64,000 nucleotides of DNA from Polyangiales bacterium (GTDB taxonomy: Bacteria > Myxococcota_A > Polyangia > Polyangiales > Ga0077539). The stretch covers positions 120,318 through 184,317 of the forward strand of contig JAXLYJ010000005.1 of assembly GCA_046351515.1 (NCBI GenBank), read 5' to 3'. The translations under genes and the position numbers were made by a program. This document shows positions 47,945-57,941 of this stretch, piece after piece. Below the pieces are notes generated by a model that saw only the letters and a list, made by a program, of their open reading frames with translations, was not told the DNA's origin and did not search any database. Each line of letters opens with the position of its first letter. The first letter of the stretch is position 1.

Positions 47945-49156
47945 TCAACCCATCGCGTCCATCGAGGCGTCGTCGCTCGACGCGTCGCTCGAGGCGTCGG
48001 GCGAGGCGTCCGATCCGGACTCCGCGGTCCCATCCGCCGGGGCGCCCGCTTCGGGCGTCGGCTCGGGTCCCGGCTCGACCGTCGGCTCGGGTCCGGGCTC
48101 CACCGTGGGCTCGGGGCGCGATCCGGGGCGGCACACACCCACGGTCACGCGCTGCGTGCCCTGCACGCGCACCTGCGCTTCGCAGTACATCCCGCTCGGG
48201 CAGGTGTTCATCGCGGTCGGCGCGGGGTCGCACGACGCGGGGACGCAGATGCCGTTCTGCCACGTGAAGGGGCGGCCGTTGCCGCGGTTGAACGTGCGGC
48301 GGCAGGTGTAGCCCTCGTTCATGCGGCAGTCCGCGTCGCTGCGGCACTCGTGGTAGCAAGTGCCCGGATCGCGCTCGGCGATACCGACGTCGCCGTCGGG
48401 GAAGCAAATCGATCCCATCGGGCAATTTCCACGGGGAAACGTGGTCTCGGGCCAGAGCGTCGAGTTGTTCCACCCCGAGGGGAGCGTGCACGCTGACGTG
48501 CAGTACCCGTTGTTCCACCCCGTGTAGACGCCGCGGGTGTTCTGCGCGGGCACGCAGTCGCCCGAACGACAGTTGTTCGTCATGCCGGTCTGCATGCACG
48601 ACTCGCCCACGTCCTGGCCCGTCGGCGGAAACGTCGCGCTCTGCGGCTGGCACTTGCCCGTCCACGGATTGCATCGCGTCCCAAACTCACACGACGTGTC
48701 CGTGCACGACGGGCGGCACACGCGCAGCGCCATCTCCCGCGTGTCCGTGGGGTCGTACTGAAGGCACGTGAAGCCCGCGCGGCCGCAGTCGTAGCCGTTG
48801 AGGCACTCTCGCAAGCAAATTTGCTCGCCGTCCTGCGATCCACAGAACCCCGCCGTGCCCGTCGCCGCGCCCGCTTCGCAGTCCGACGTCGTCGTGCACG
48901 TGCGCGTACAGAACCCGCCGGACCATCCCGCGGTGCCCTCGCTCTTGCAGGTCATTCCTTCCTGGCAGTCATCGTTGTTGCGGCAGCGGCCGAACAGCGC
49001 CGAGTTGTACGGCGGCTCGGGCGTGTCCACGACCACGTCCGCGGTAGAGCCATCTCCGCTCGCGTCGGGCATCGGAGGAGGCGGAGTCGTGCACGCGACG
49101 GCGAACACTGAAATCGAGGCTGCGATCAGCCCCAGCTGCAAAGAAAACCGATTCAT
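47945..49156 (-). CDS. Cys-rich secreted lipoprotein
   Basis: MNRFSLQLGLIAASISVFAVAC lipobox. About 36 Cys in irregular disulfide-knot-like spacing. The C-terminus has the tandem repeat EPTVEPGP EPTVEPGP EPTPEAG and an acidic D/S tail. Confidence 0.65.
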   Translation of the reverse strand: MNRFSLQLGLIAASISVFAVACTTPPPPMPDASGDGSTADVVVDTPEPPYNSALFGRCRNNDDCQEGMTCKSEGTAGWSGGFCTRTCTTTSDCEAGAATGTAGFCGSQDGEQICLRECLNGYDCGRAGFTCLQYDPTDTREMALRVCRPSCTDTSCEFGTRCNPWTGKCQPQSATFPPTGQDVGESCMQTGMTNNCRSGDCVPAQNTRGVYTGWNNGYCTSACTLPSGWNNSTLWPETTFPRGNCPMGSICFPDGDVGIAERDPGTCYHECRSDADCRMNEGYTCRRTFNRGNGRPFTWQNGICVPASCDPAPTAMNTCPSGMYCEAQVRVQGTQRVTVGVCRPGSRPEPTVEPGPEPTVEPGPEPTPEAGAPADGTAESGSDASPDASSDASSDDASMDAMG

Positions 49157-49331
49157 CGAACACCAGGCCTTGCTCAATGGACGTTGTCCATCGAGCGATA
49201 CCCCGAGACCTCGTGCCACTGCAACGATGCTCGCCTCGATCCCGCATCCTTGCTCAGCCGCGCTGCGCGACGCCGCAAATCACAGGGGCTTTGAATGCGC
49301 GAGGGGGTCTGCTACGTCAGCAGTGCCCGTG

Positions 49332-49862
49332 ATGAAGACGCTCGCTCGCTCGCTCATGTTCGCCGCCGCGATCTCTCTGTCGTTCTCCACGCCTTCCGCG
49401 CAGGCCGCGGTCGGCGCGCGCGCCCCGGCGTTCGCGCTGCGTCCGCCGACGGGAGTGCGCGGAAGCCTGTTTCGTCTGTCCGATCACGCCAATCGTCGCC
49501 CCGTGGTCATCCTGTTTTGGGAGACGACCTGCGCGCCGTGCCTCCAAGAGATGGCCTTCTACGAGCAGCTCTACCGCCGCTACCAAGGCCGACTGCAGGT
49601 CGTCGCCATCGCGATGGACAACGGGCAGAACATCGCCAACGCGCCCAACCGTGTGCGGACGCTCAACCTCACGTTTCCGGTGGTGTGGGACGAGAACTCG
49701 TCGGTGAAGAACCAGTTTCAGGTGCCCGCCAGCCCGCCGTTCAGCGTCTGGGTCGACCGCACTGGCACCATCGTGCGCGAGCGCCAGGGCTATTCGGTGA
49801 GCGAGAATCAAGTGATCGAGCAGCAGATCGCGCGGCTCGTCGCGGGCCAGCGCGTGCAGTGA
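49332..49862 (+). CDS. TlpA/AhpC-TSA-family periplasmic thioredoxin
   Basis: Signal peptide MKTLARSLMFAAAISLSFSTPSAQA. FWETTCAPC active site. Confidence 0.8.
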   Translation: MKTLARSLMFAAAISLSFSTPSAQAAVGARAPAFALRPPTGVRGSLFRLSDHANRRPVVILFWETTCAPCLQEMAFYEQLYRRYQGRLQVVAIAMDNGQNIANAPNRVRTLNLTFPVVWDENSSVKNQFQVPASPPFSVWVDRTGTIVRERQGYSVSENQVIEQQIARLVAGQRVQ

Positions 49863-49926
49863 CCGAGCCTCGCTTGTAAGAAATTCGCGGCGCGAACGCG
49901 CTCTCTGCTACCCGCGAGAGCAGCCC

Positions 49927-50598
49927 ATGTTTCGTCGCCTCGTCGCACTCGCGCTCGCCTCGAGCCTCACCCTCGCTGGATGCGAGCTGTTCACCGCGCC
50001 GCGCACCGGACACGGCGCGGTGTTCTCCGTGCGAGGCACGATGACGAACACGACGTGCGGGGTGGGCGCGCCGTCGACCGCGGCGATGCTCTCGTTCAAC
50101 GTCGAGGTTCGACTCGACCAGGCGCGGCTGCGATGGAGCGTGCCGACCGCAGGAATCACCGCGCAATCCACGCTCGACTCGTCGCGGCGCTTCACGCTCG
50201 TCGACGATCGAGTCATGCCCATCCGCGCCGCAAACTATCGTCTCGGACTCGGCGCGTGTTCGCTGCGTCGCTTCGACGTGCTCGAAGGGCGCGTGGGCGG
50301 AGCGTTTCCGCTGCTCGATCCCGTCGACGCCGCCGACGCCCACGCAGACGCAGAAGACCCGCTCGACGCGGCGATGTTCGACGCCGCTTCGATCACGGAC
50401 GCCTCGCTCGCGGACGCCGCGCCGTCTGGCCCTCCCGCGCTCGATTCGCTGCGCGAAACCGTGGGCTGGGCCGTCGTGCCCGGCGCGGATTGCCGGGACA
50501 TGATCGGCGTCGGTCCAGGGCAGTTCGTCACGCTTCCGTGCGAACAGCGCTGGACCTTCGACGCGCAGTACGAGCCCACCCTGCGCGTCACGCGCTGA
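49927..50598 (+). CDS. hypothetical lipoprotein
   Basis: MFRRLVALALASSLTLAGC lipobox. 223 aa with good GC3. Confidence 0.6.
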   Translation: MFRRLVALALASSLTLAGCELFTAPRTGHGAVFSVRGTMTNTTCGVGAPSTAAMLSFNVEVRLDQARLRWSVPTAGITAQSTLDSSRRFTLVDDRVMPIRAANYRLGLGACSLRRFDVLEGRVGGAFPLLDPVDAADAHADAEDPLDAAMFDAASITDASLADAAPSGPPALDSLRETVGWAVVPGADCRDMIGVGPGQFVTLPCEQRWTFDAQYEPTLRVTR

Positions 50599-50604
50599 GC
50601 GCGA

Positions 50605-52536
50605 TCACTCTTCGTCGGTGCGCTTTTGCGCGAGGATGATGAGCATCATCGAGGCCGCGCCGAAGAACGCGCCCGGTGTTTTTTGGTGGCCGGACACTTC
50701 GATCACGCGAAACCCGGCGTTGTGCAGGATCTTGCCGAGCTCGTGCAGCGAGTACATGCGCATCGAGAACTTCTGCTCGCGCTGACGGCCATCTTCGAGC
50801 AACAGCGTGCGCTTGCCCTCGAGCCGCGAGGTGAACCAATTGAAATTGGTCTCCTCCATGCACACGCAGCCGTCCGCTTCGTACCAGGTCATCGCTGGGT
50901 GCTGCTGCGCCGCGCAGTCGCGGTTGATCACCTCGAGCAGCAGCGTCCCGCCGGGCTTGAGCGCGCGATGCAAGCGCTGGATCACGTCCGCGTTCTTGTC
51001 GTCGTCGAAGAACCCGAACGTCGATCCCACGCAGTACGCCGCGTCGAACAGCTCGGTGAACTCCATCTCGAGCATGTCGCTCTGCAAGAAGTTCAGCTTT
51101 GCGCCGCGGTTCTGCGCGTTGTCCGACGCGCGCGAGAGCATCGCCAACGAAAGATCCAACCCGAGCACTTCGTACCCGCGCGTCGCGAGCTCGACCGCCT
51201 GGCGACCGATGCCGCAGCCGACGTCGAGCACCGAGGCGCCCTTCTCGACGCCGAGCGAGGCCTCGATGAAGTTTCCCTCGGACGTGACTTGCTCGGACGT
51301 GTAGCGCCGCTGCGTGCGCAGGTAGTCGTCGTTGAAGATCTCCTCCCACCAGTGTCGACGGCGCGGCTTGGACTCGGCCGTCACCACCGTGGGACGATCG
51401 TTGGGCTTGGGCGAGTCTGCCGCTTGCGCGGGCGTCGCGCGAGGCGGAGGCGGAGGACGGCTCGCGTCCGGCGCGCTCGTGCGAGGCGGAGGCGTCGGCG
51501 CCGCCGACGGACGCGCGGCGATCTCATCGGGAATCGAGATCTCTTCCGTTGGCTCTTCGACTTCGACTTCGCTGTCGGCGTCGGCGCTCGTCTCGACTTC
51601 AGCGTCAGCGACGGCCTCGACCGACGGAGCGTCGTCTTCGTCATCGTGCTCCGGCGCAGGTTCGGACTTCGCCTCGACGCTCTCGAGCGCTTCGGGCTCG
51701 GCTTCGCTCTTCGCGGGCGCCGCGGCGATCGGCGGCGGTGGCGGAAGCGAGCGCGGGCGCGCAACTTCGACGACGACGGCGTTCGCATCGTCATCGTCCT
51801 CGGCCGAGTCGACTTCGACCTCTTCGGCCGACGCTTCGTGCACTTCGTCGATCGACGGCGGAGGCGTCGAGGGGACGGGCAACGGAGCGAGCTTGGGCTT
51901 GGTCTCGAGCGGGATCGGCGGCTCGCTCGGCTTGTTCGCCGAGGACTTCTCGAGCGAGGCGACGATGGGGCTCGCCTCATCGACCTCGTCGACGACCGCG
52001 TCTTCGAGCTGGGACAGGTCCGGACCGTCGTCGGTGACGGCTTGGGGCATCGGCTCGTCGCTGCCGATCGAGCGAATCTTGCGGCGAACTTGCCGCACGA
52101 CCGACGTGTTCTCGTCGCTGATCGCGATGAGCTTGTTCGCGCCGGACGGCCGTCGCTTCGGCTCGTCCGTGCTCGGCGCGGCAGGGGCCGCCTCGAGCGC
52201 GCCCGACTCGATCTCGTGATCGGCCACGGTGGGAGCGTGCTCGTTGTCCTTCACGGCCTCGACGTCCAGCGCCACGACGGGCGCGATCGGCGCGGGCACG
52301 TCGCTGGCGGCGATGATCTGCGCGGCCTCGCTCGAAGCGCGCTCGACCTGCGTCACGCGATCGCCGAACTCGTCGATCTCGCGATCGTCCGCGATGGACA
52401 CTCGCGCGACGTCGGGCGAGCTCGGGCGGGGCACCGGGTCGTTGGGCACACGAAGGCCGCGCGAGGCTTTTCGCTTTCGATTCACCGAAGCGAGGTCCGG
52501 CGAGCTGCGTCGGTCTGGGCCGCGTTCGTCGTCCAT
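50605..52536 (-). CDS. class I SAM-dependent methyltransferase with a ~390-aa disordered acidic/Pro-rich N-terminal region
   Basis: The C-terminal ~250 aa contain VLDVGCGIGRQAVELA..VLGLDLS..LKPGG. The ATG at 52536 shares one base with the psd stop (TGATG). The N-terminus is low-complexity (E/D/A/P/S). Confidence 0.75.
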   Translation of the reverse strand: MDDERGPDRRSSPDLASVNRKRKASRGLRVPNDPVPRPSSPDVARVSIADDREIDEFGDRVTQVERASSEAAQIIAASDVPAPIAPVVALDVEAVKDNEHAPTVADHEIESGALEAAPAAPSTDEPKRRPSGANKLIAISDENTSVVRQVRRKIRSIGSDEPMPQAVTDDGPDLSQLEDAVVDEVDEASPIVASLEKSSANKPSEPPIPLETKPKLAPLPVPSTPPPSIDEVHEASAEEVEVDSAEDDDDANAVVVEVARPRSLPPPPPIAAAPAKSEAEPEALESVEAKSEPAPEHDDEDDAPSVEAVADAEVETSADADSEVEVEEPTEEISIPDEIAARPSAAPTPPPRTSAPDASRPPPPPRATPAQAADSPKPNDRPTVVTAESKPRRRHWWEEIFNDDYLRTQRRYTSEQVTSEGNFIEASLGVEKGASVLDVGCGIGRQAVELATRGYEVLGLDLSLAMLSRASDNAQNRGAKLNFLQSDMLEMEFTELFDAAYCVGSTFGFFDDDKNADVIQRLHRALKPGGTLLLEVINRDCAAQQHPAMTWYEADGCVCMEETNFNWFTSRLEGKRTLLLEDGRQREQKFSMRMYSLHELGKILHNAGFRVIEVSGHQKTPGAFFGAASMMLIILAQKRTDEE

Positions 52537-53411
52537 CACGTGCTCCTGCGGCGAAGGATCGCTTCGCCCATTCGGACCGCTGTTCCCAAGCGTTCGGTCG
52601 ACCACTCGTCGCGCTGAGCGTCCGGCGCGCGCTCGATGAGCATCACCACCGTCGAGCCGAGCGAAAACGAGCCGAGCTCGTCGCCTCGCGCGACGGACGG
52701 GTGCGCCACGTCGAACGCGCGCTCGGCGATCGGTCCTCCGATGGGAGGGCGATCCGGCGCGGGAATATACAGGTTGATTCTCCCCACGATCATCGCGCCC
52801 ACGAACACGACGGCGACGCGGCCGAAGACCGGCGAGCGGCCGATCACCACGACGCGCTCGTTTCTCGCGAACAGTCCGGGCACGTGGCGCACGCCAAAAT
52901 CATTGACCGGGTAGAGAACCCCCGGGACGTGGCGCACCAGGTCGATCTCGAGCGCTTCGGGCGCGTGCACGCGGTGATAGTCCCGCGGCGAGAGATAGAC
53001 GATCGCGAACTGTCCGCCGCTGAAGGTCTGCGCGTCCGTCGCGCTCGCGAGCAACGACTCGGCCGAGTACTCGCGGCCCTTGATGAAGAACTTCGTGCGC
53101 TCGTCGATGGCGCCCGCGTCGTCGAGTCGGCCGTCGGCTGGCGAGACGAGCGCGCCCTCCGTCGTGTCGACGCTGCGCGCTCCGTCCCTCAATCGGCGCG
53201 TGAAGAACTCGTTGAACGATCGGTAGCCGCCGTCCGGCACCACAGCCTCGTCCATGTTGACCTTGTACGCTTTGGAGTAAGCGCCGAGGACCGGGTCGAG
53301 GATGGGCTTGGGGACGTGCGCTTCCGTTAGCTTTCCGATCGCGCGCGTGATGCGCTCTCGCGGAAGCAGGTGCAGCAGCCGGGCGGCGGTGCGTTCTGTG
53401 GGGCTCTGCAT
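52536..53411 (-). CDS. psd: phosphatidylserine decarboxylase proenzyme
   Basis: 291 aa. YHRVHAP and the self-cleavage motif FSLGSTVV. Confidence 0.9.
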   Translation of the reverse strand: MQSPTERTAARLLHLLPRERITRAIGKLTEAHVPKPILDPVLGAYSKAYKVNMDEAVVPDGGYRSFNEFFTRRLRDGARSVDTTEGALVSPADGRLDDAGAIDERTKFFIKGREYSAESLLASATDAQTFSGGQFAIVYLSPRDYHRVHAPEALEIDLVRHVPGVLYPVNDFGVRHVPGLFARNERVVVIGRSPVFGRVAVVFVGAMIVGRINLYIPAPDRPPIGGPIAERAFDVAHPSVARGDELGSFSLGSTVVMLIERAPDAQRDEWSTERLGTAVRMGEAILRRRST

Positions 53412-53577
53412 GAGAATTGCGCGAAAAAACCGCGCCTTCGTGAGCGTAGATCGCGGCGAGAAACGGCGTCAACACCGCATTCACGTCGCCGCGGCCCCGA
53501 CGCGCGTTTCGTTCATTGTGCTTGCGTTCTTGCGGCGCGTTGCGCGGGCACAGTTGCCTACCAAGGACGACCCGCGC

Positions 53578-54687
53578 TCAGCGCGCGGCGGTGCGCACAA
53601 AGCCCGTCACGCGCTGGCCGGCGACGAGCCCGTCGCGCTCGTCGAGGGCCACGACCACCTCGAGCACTTTGGTGTCCACGCGCTCTGCGGGGTCGTCGGT
53701 GCGAACGTTGCGTCGCCCGAAGCGCCGAGCGACCTCGACGACGCGCCCGCGAAACCGCCGCTCGCCGAACGCTTCCGCGGACACGGCGGCCTCTGCACCC
53801 ACGGTCACCGCCGCGAAATCTCGCTCGTCCACGTCGATGCGCGCCCGCATCGAGCGCGTGTCGCCCAAGACCACCACCGGCTCACCGCTCGGCGTCGAGT
53901 ACTCGCCGGCGCGGACCTTGAGCTGCAGCACCTCGCCGTCGCTCGGGGCTCGCACGATCAGCCGCTCGAGCTGCGCTGCCGCTTGCTCTTGCCGCGCTTG
54001 CGCCGCGCGCAGCCGCGCGAGGGCGAGGGCGATGTCCTCCGCGCGCGATCCGCGTACGGTCGCGTCCCGTCGCGCTTGGATCTGTCGCAACGAGGCCTCG
54101 TCGATCGAGGCTTGCGCGCGCGCGCGGTCGAGCTCGTCGCGCGTGGCGTTGCCTCCATCGCTGAGCGCGCGGGTCCGCTCGAGAAGCGCCGTCGAGAGCT
54201 CGGCGCGGCCGCGAGCGACCTCGACCTCCGCCTGGGCAGCCGCGCGATCTTCTCGGCGATTTCCGCGCTGGGTGCGGGTGAGCTCGGCGCGAGAGACGGC
54301 CACGTCCGCGCTCGCCGCGGACAGGGCCGCGTGCTCGACGGCGCTCTCGAGCTCGACGAGCACGTCGCCCGCATGCACGAACTGCCCCTCGCGAACGGCG
54401 ATGCGCGCGACGCGACCGGCGACGCCCACGGCGACGCGCACCTCGCGATCGGCGGGCTCGATGATGGCGTTGCCCGCGACCCACCCGGCGGCGACCGTGG
54501 CTGCGCGAACGTCTCGCTGGCCCGGTCGCGGGGCGAGCTCTTCGCGCGCGGCGCGGACGTCGGCGGCGCGAGGCCGGTTTCCGGCCGGCTGCTGCGCTGC
54601 GCGGACGACGGTGAAGGCGACGAGCGCGAACCCGGCGGCCGCGAGCGAAGATCGCCAGGGAAACTTGGGTTTCTCGATGTGAGTCAT
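53578..54687 (-). CDS. HlyD/MacA-type periplasmic adaptor (membrane fusion protein)
   Basis: N-terminal TM helix, a coiled-coil Ala/Arg-rich hairpin, and barrel segments (IVRAPSDGEV..). Its ATG overlaps the ABC ATPase stop (ATGA). Confidence 0.85.
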   Translation of the reverse strand: MTHIEKPKFPWRSSLAAAGFALVAFTVVRAAQQPAGNRPRAADVRAAREELAPRPGQRDVRAATVAAGWVAGNAIIEPADREVRVAVGVAGRVARIAVREGQFVHAGDVLVELESAVEHAALSAASADVAVSRAELTRTQRGNRREDRAAAQAEVEVARGRAELSTALLERTRALSDGGNATRDELDRARAQASIDEASLRQIQARRDATVRGSRAEDIALALARLRAAQARQEQAAAQLERLIVRAPSDGEVLQLKVRAGEYSTPSGEPVVVLGDTRSMRARIDVDERDFAAVTVGAEAAVSAEAFGERRFRGRVVEVARRFGRRNVRTDDPAERVDTKVLEVVVALDERDGLVAGQRVTGFVRTAAR

Positions 54688-55397
54688 GGCTGTGTGCTCT
54701 GCGTTGAAGGAGCGTCGGTCGCCGCGCGAATGAGCCCGTCTTCGATGCGGACGATGCGATCGGCGAGGTGATAGATGCGGTTGTCGTGGGTGACGACGAC
54801 GACGGTGTGACCGCGCTCGGTCGCGAGTCGTCGAAGCAGCTCGGTCACGCTGAGCCCCGACTGCGCGTCGAGGCTCGCGGTGGGCTCGTCCGCGAGGATG
54901 AGCGGCGGACTGGCGGCGAGGGCCCTGGCGATCGCGACGCGCTGCCGCTGTCCGCCGGACAATTCGCTGGGCTTTCGATGGGCGCGGTCCGCGAGCCCCA
55001 CCGCGTCGAGCAGCTCGAGCGCCTCGCGCTTCGCGTGGGTGTGCGCGCGGCCGCGAAGCTCGAGGAGCAGCTCGACGTTCTCGAGCGCCGTGAGGCCAGC
55101 GACGAGGTTGTGGCCCTGAAAGATGAAGCCGATGTTCGAGAGTCGGAGCTCTGGGAGCTTGCGCCGCGACGTTCGCGTCACGTCCTGACCGAAGAGCGAG
55201 AGCGATCCGGCCGAGGGCTCGAGGACGCAGCCGATGATCGAGAGGAGCGTGGTTTTTCCGCTGCCGGAGGGGCCGACGAGCATGACGAACTCCCCGCGTT
55301 CGACGACGAAATCAACGCCTTTGAGCGCGGTGAACGCGAGCGTTCCGTCGCCGTAGGTCTTGCGGATCCCCCGCGCTTCAATCGCGAGCGTGGTCAT
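54684..55397 (-). CDS. ABC transporter ATP-binding protein (MacB/DevA/LolD-like)
   Basis: GPSGSGKTT, the LSGGQRQR signature, and ILADEPT Walker B. Confidence 0.9.
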   Translation of the reverse strand: MTTLAIEARGIRKTYGDGTLAFTALKGVDFVVERGEFVMLVGPSGSGKTTLLSIIGCVLEPSAGSLSLFGQDVTRTSRRKLPELRLSNIGFIFQGHNLVAGLTALENVELLLELRGRAHTHAKREALELLDAVGLADRAHRKPSELSGGQRQRVAIARALAASPPLILADEPTASLDAQSGLSVTELLRRLATERGHTVVVVTHDNRIYHLADRIVRIEDGLIRAATDAPSTQSTQP

Positions 55398-56578
55398 CGA
55401 AACACCATCCCTGGTTCGACCTTTCGAACGCGGTTGAGGGCCAGCGACGAGGCGAGCACGCAGAGCACCACCATCGCCACGAACGTCGAGACAAAGAGCG
55501 TCGGCGACAGGACCAACGCGAGGTTGGCCGAGCGAATCGCCGCGGCGATCCGCGTCACCGCTCCGAGCCCGAGCACCGAGCCGATGAGCGCGAACAAGAG
55601 CGACTGCACGAGCAGGATGAGCGCGAGGTCCGCGTCCGACGCGCCGATGGCCTTGAGCGTCCCGAACTCGCGGAGGTTGTCGATCACCGCCGAGAACATC
55701 GTGAGCGCGACGATCACGAAGCCGACGAGCAGGCCGAAGAAGGTGCTCGTCCCGAAGGACACGCCGATGGACGTTTGCGTGAGAATATAGCGGCGAATCT
55801 TCTGCTCGAACTGCGTCGAGGTGAGCACCTGCGCCTCGGGGATGCGCCGCGCGAGCTCGCGCCGGACGACCTCGGGATCGCGCCCCGGCTCGACGCCGAC
55901 GAGCACGAAGCTGCAGTGGCTTCGGTCGAGCCCGACGAGCTCGGCCGCCGTGTCGTACTCGGCAAACGCGTACGCGGGCCCGAAGGGGATCAGTCCCCAC
56001 GTGAACCCCACCGCGCGCACGCTGCGACCGTTGACCTCGCGAAGCGAGCGGAGGTTGAGCGCGCCGTACTTCTTTCGCTCGGCGTTCTCGAAGAAGAACG
56101 CGCCGGGCTCAGAGAGAGAGCGAGGGTCGCCGGCGACGACGTTCCACGGGCCGCCCGCGAGGCGAGGAAGGCGCGCGCCGACGATGGTGATCGCCTCGGT
56201 CCCTCCGCCGGGGACCTTCATCGATCCGCCTCCGTACGCGAGGGGCTCGGCCCACGAGACTCCCTCGGTGACCGAAGCGCGGTGCAGCGTCGAGATCGAC
56301 ATCGGCGCGCTCGCTTGCAGCGTCGGAAGCGACGCAGGGACGATCCAAATGTCCGCCCGCGTGTTGGTCACGAGCATCGTGTTCTTGTCGATCAGCCCCA
56401 TGAACGTCCCCGCCTGTTGGTTGGCGAGGAGCGTCGCGAAGATCACTCCGAAGAGCGTCCCCAAGCTCTTGAGCCGATCGTGCAACATCATGCGCACGGC
56501 GACCGCCGCCATCACTCGCACGCGCGTGACGAACGAGGCCTTCGTCGCGATCGGCTCTGCCAGGGCGCGCGCGGTCAC
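55394..56578 (-). CDS. ABC transporter permease, FtsX/DevC-like
   Basis: 394 aa. One N-terminal TM helix, a large periplasmic domain, and three C-terminal TM helices with LREFGTLKAIGA. The GTG start overlaps the TolC-like stop (GTGA). Confidence 0.85.
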   Translation of the reverse strand: MTARALAEPIATKASFVTRVRVMAAVAVRMMLHDRLKSLGTLFGVIFATLLANQQAGTFMGLIDKNTMLVTNTRADIWIVPASLPTLQASAPMSISTLHRASVTEGVSWAEPLAYGGGSMKVPGGGTEAITIVGARLPRLAGGPWNVVAGDPRSLSEPGAFFFENAERKKYGALNLRSLREVNGRSVRAVGFTWGLIPFGPAYAFAEYDTAAELVGLDRSHCSFVLVGVEPGRDPEVVRRELARRIPEAQVLTSTQFEQKIRRYILTQTSIGVSFGTSTFFGLLVGFVIVALTMFSAVIDNLREFGTLKAIGASDADLALILLVQSLLFALIGSVLGLGAVTRIAAAIRSANLALVLSPTLFVSTFVAMVVLCVLASSLALNRVRKVEPGMVFR

Positions 56579-57864
56579 GGCGCACCTCCCGGCGTCGCGC
56601 GGCCCGCGGCGATCCGCAGCGCGACGCGCGCGTACGCGAGCTCTGCGTCCGCTTGGATCACCGAGCTTCTCGCGTCGAACTCGTCGCGTTGCGCGGTGAG
56701 CACTTCGAACTCCGTCGCGCCGCCTTGCGCGAGCCGCGCGAGTGCGCTCTGCGTGGCGATCGCGCTCGCGTCGAGCCGCGCCCTGGCGGCCGTGGCCCTC
56801 GCGATCCCCGAGTGCACTTGCCACCAGGCCGAGTGGATCTCGTCGCGCGCGCGCGCGATCGCTCGCTCGACGCGAACTCCGGCGATCGCGGTGCTCGTCG
56901 CGCTCGCTCGCGCGTTGGCGATCGAGGTCGCATCGAGCCTCCACGAGAGCGAGAAGCCCGCGGCGAGGTTCGCGGGCTGGCCGAAGCCCGCGGCGTTGGT
57001 CACGCGCTCGGTCGCCGTGGCGTTGATCGTCGGGCTGAGCGCCCACCACGCTGCGTTGCTCTGCGCGCGCGCGGCGCGCTCTTCAGCGAACGCCTGCTGC
57101 ACGGCTGGCGTCTGCGAAGCGAGCGTTAGCCACTGGGCGAGGGGAGCTTCTTCATCGAGCGTCGCTTGGCCGAGCGCTGGCTGCGAAGGGCGCAGGCCCG
57201 AGAGGGTCTCGAGCGATCGCGCGGCGGTCTCTGCGCTCAGCTGCGCGTCGATGAGCGACTGCTCCGCGCGGGCGATCTCGGCGCGCGCGCGATGGACGTC
57301 CAGGGCAACAGCGGCGCCCTGCGCTTGTCGCGCTCGCGCGCGGTCGAGCGAGCGCTGGGCGACGGTGAGGGCGGCGCGCGCCGAGTCGACGAGGGCGAGG
57401 GCGCCGGCCCATTGAAAGTAGCTGCGCGCAGCGGAGCGTTGCGCGTCGGTTAGCGAGACCGCGATTCTCGCGCGCGCGGCGTCAGTGCTCGAGCGCGCGG
57501 CGCGCACCCGCGCCCATCCGGCGGGGTCGACCAGCGGAACGTCGAGCGTCACCGACGCCTCGACCTGATCGTGCGGCGTGATGGTGATGGTGTTCGACGA
57601 GCTCGCGCCGGTGGGGAGCGTGAGCGAGACCTCGTGTTGATTTCGTGTGTATGCAGCGCGGGCCGAGAGCGAGGGCAGAAGCCTTCCGAGCGCCTGCCAC
57701 TCGTCTTCGCGTCGCGACTGCGCGGACAGCTCGCTCTCGCGGACGTCGACCGCCGAGCTCGCGGCGGCTTCGACGAACCGCTCGACGGGCTGAGCCCGGA
57801 CCGTTGAAGCTCCGGCCAACACGGCGGCGAAGCAGAGGACGGGTATTATTGATGAAGTGCTCAC
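56575..57864 (-). CDS. TolC-family outer-membrane efflux protein
   Basis: Signal peptide ..STVRAQ. Two-fold repeated helical/beta pattern. 429 aa. GTG start. Confidence 0.85.
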   Translation of the reverse strand: MSTSSIIPVLCFAAVLAGASTVRAQPVERFVEAAASSAVDVRESELSAQSRREDEWQALGRLLPSLSARAAYTRNQHEVSLTLPTGASSSNTITITPHDQVEASVTLDVPLVDPAGWARVRAARSSTDAARARIAVSLTDAQRSAARSYFQWAGALALVDSARAALTVAQRSLDRARARQAQGAAVALDVHRARAEIARAEQSLIDAQLSAETAARSLETLSGLRPSQPALGQATLDEEAPLAQWLTLASQTPAVQQAFAEERAARAQSNAAWWALSPTINATATERVTNAAGFGQPANLAAGFSLSWRLDATSIANARASATSTAIAGVRVERAIARARDEIHSAWWQVHSGIARATAARARLDASAIATQSALARLAQGGATEFEVLTAQRDEFDARSSVIQADAELAYARVALRIAAGRATPGGAP

Positions 57865-57870
57865 TCAATT

Positions 57871-57886
57871 ATTCTCCGTGCAGAAT
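57871..57886 (-). promoter_or_regulatory. short inverted repeat ATTCT-N6-AGAAT overlapping the TolC-like RBS (weak operator candidate)
   Basis: attctccgtgcagaat lies 7-22 nt upstream of GTG 57864, in the 77-nt gap after the TetR gene. The arms are only 5 bp. Confidence 0.2.
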
Positions 57887-57941
57887 GTCAGTCCGAGCCG
57901 GGCGGCGCTCAACGATCGCCGGTCCCTGCGGTCGGGGGGGA

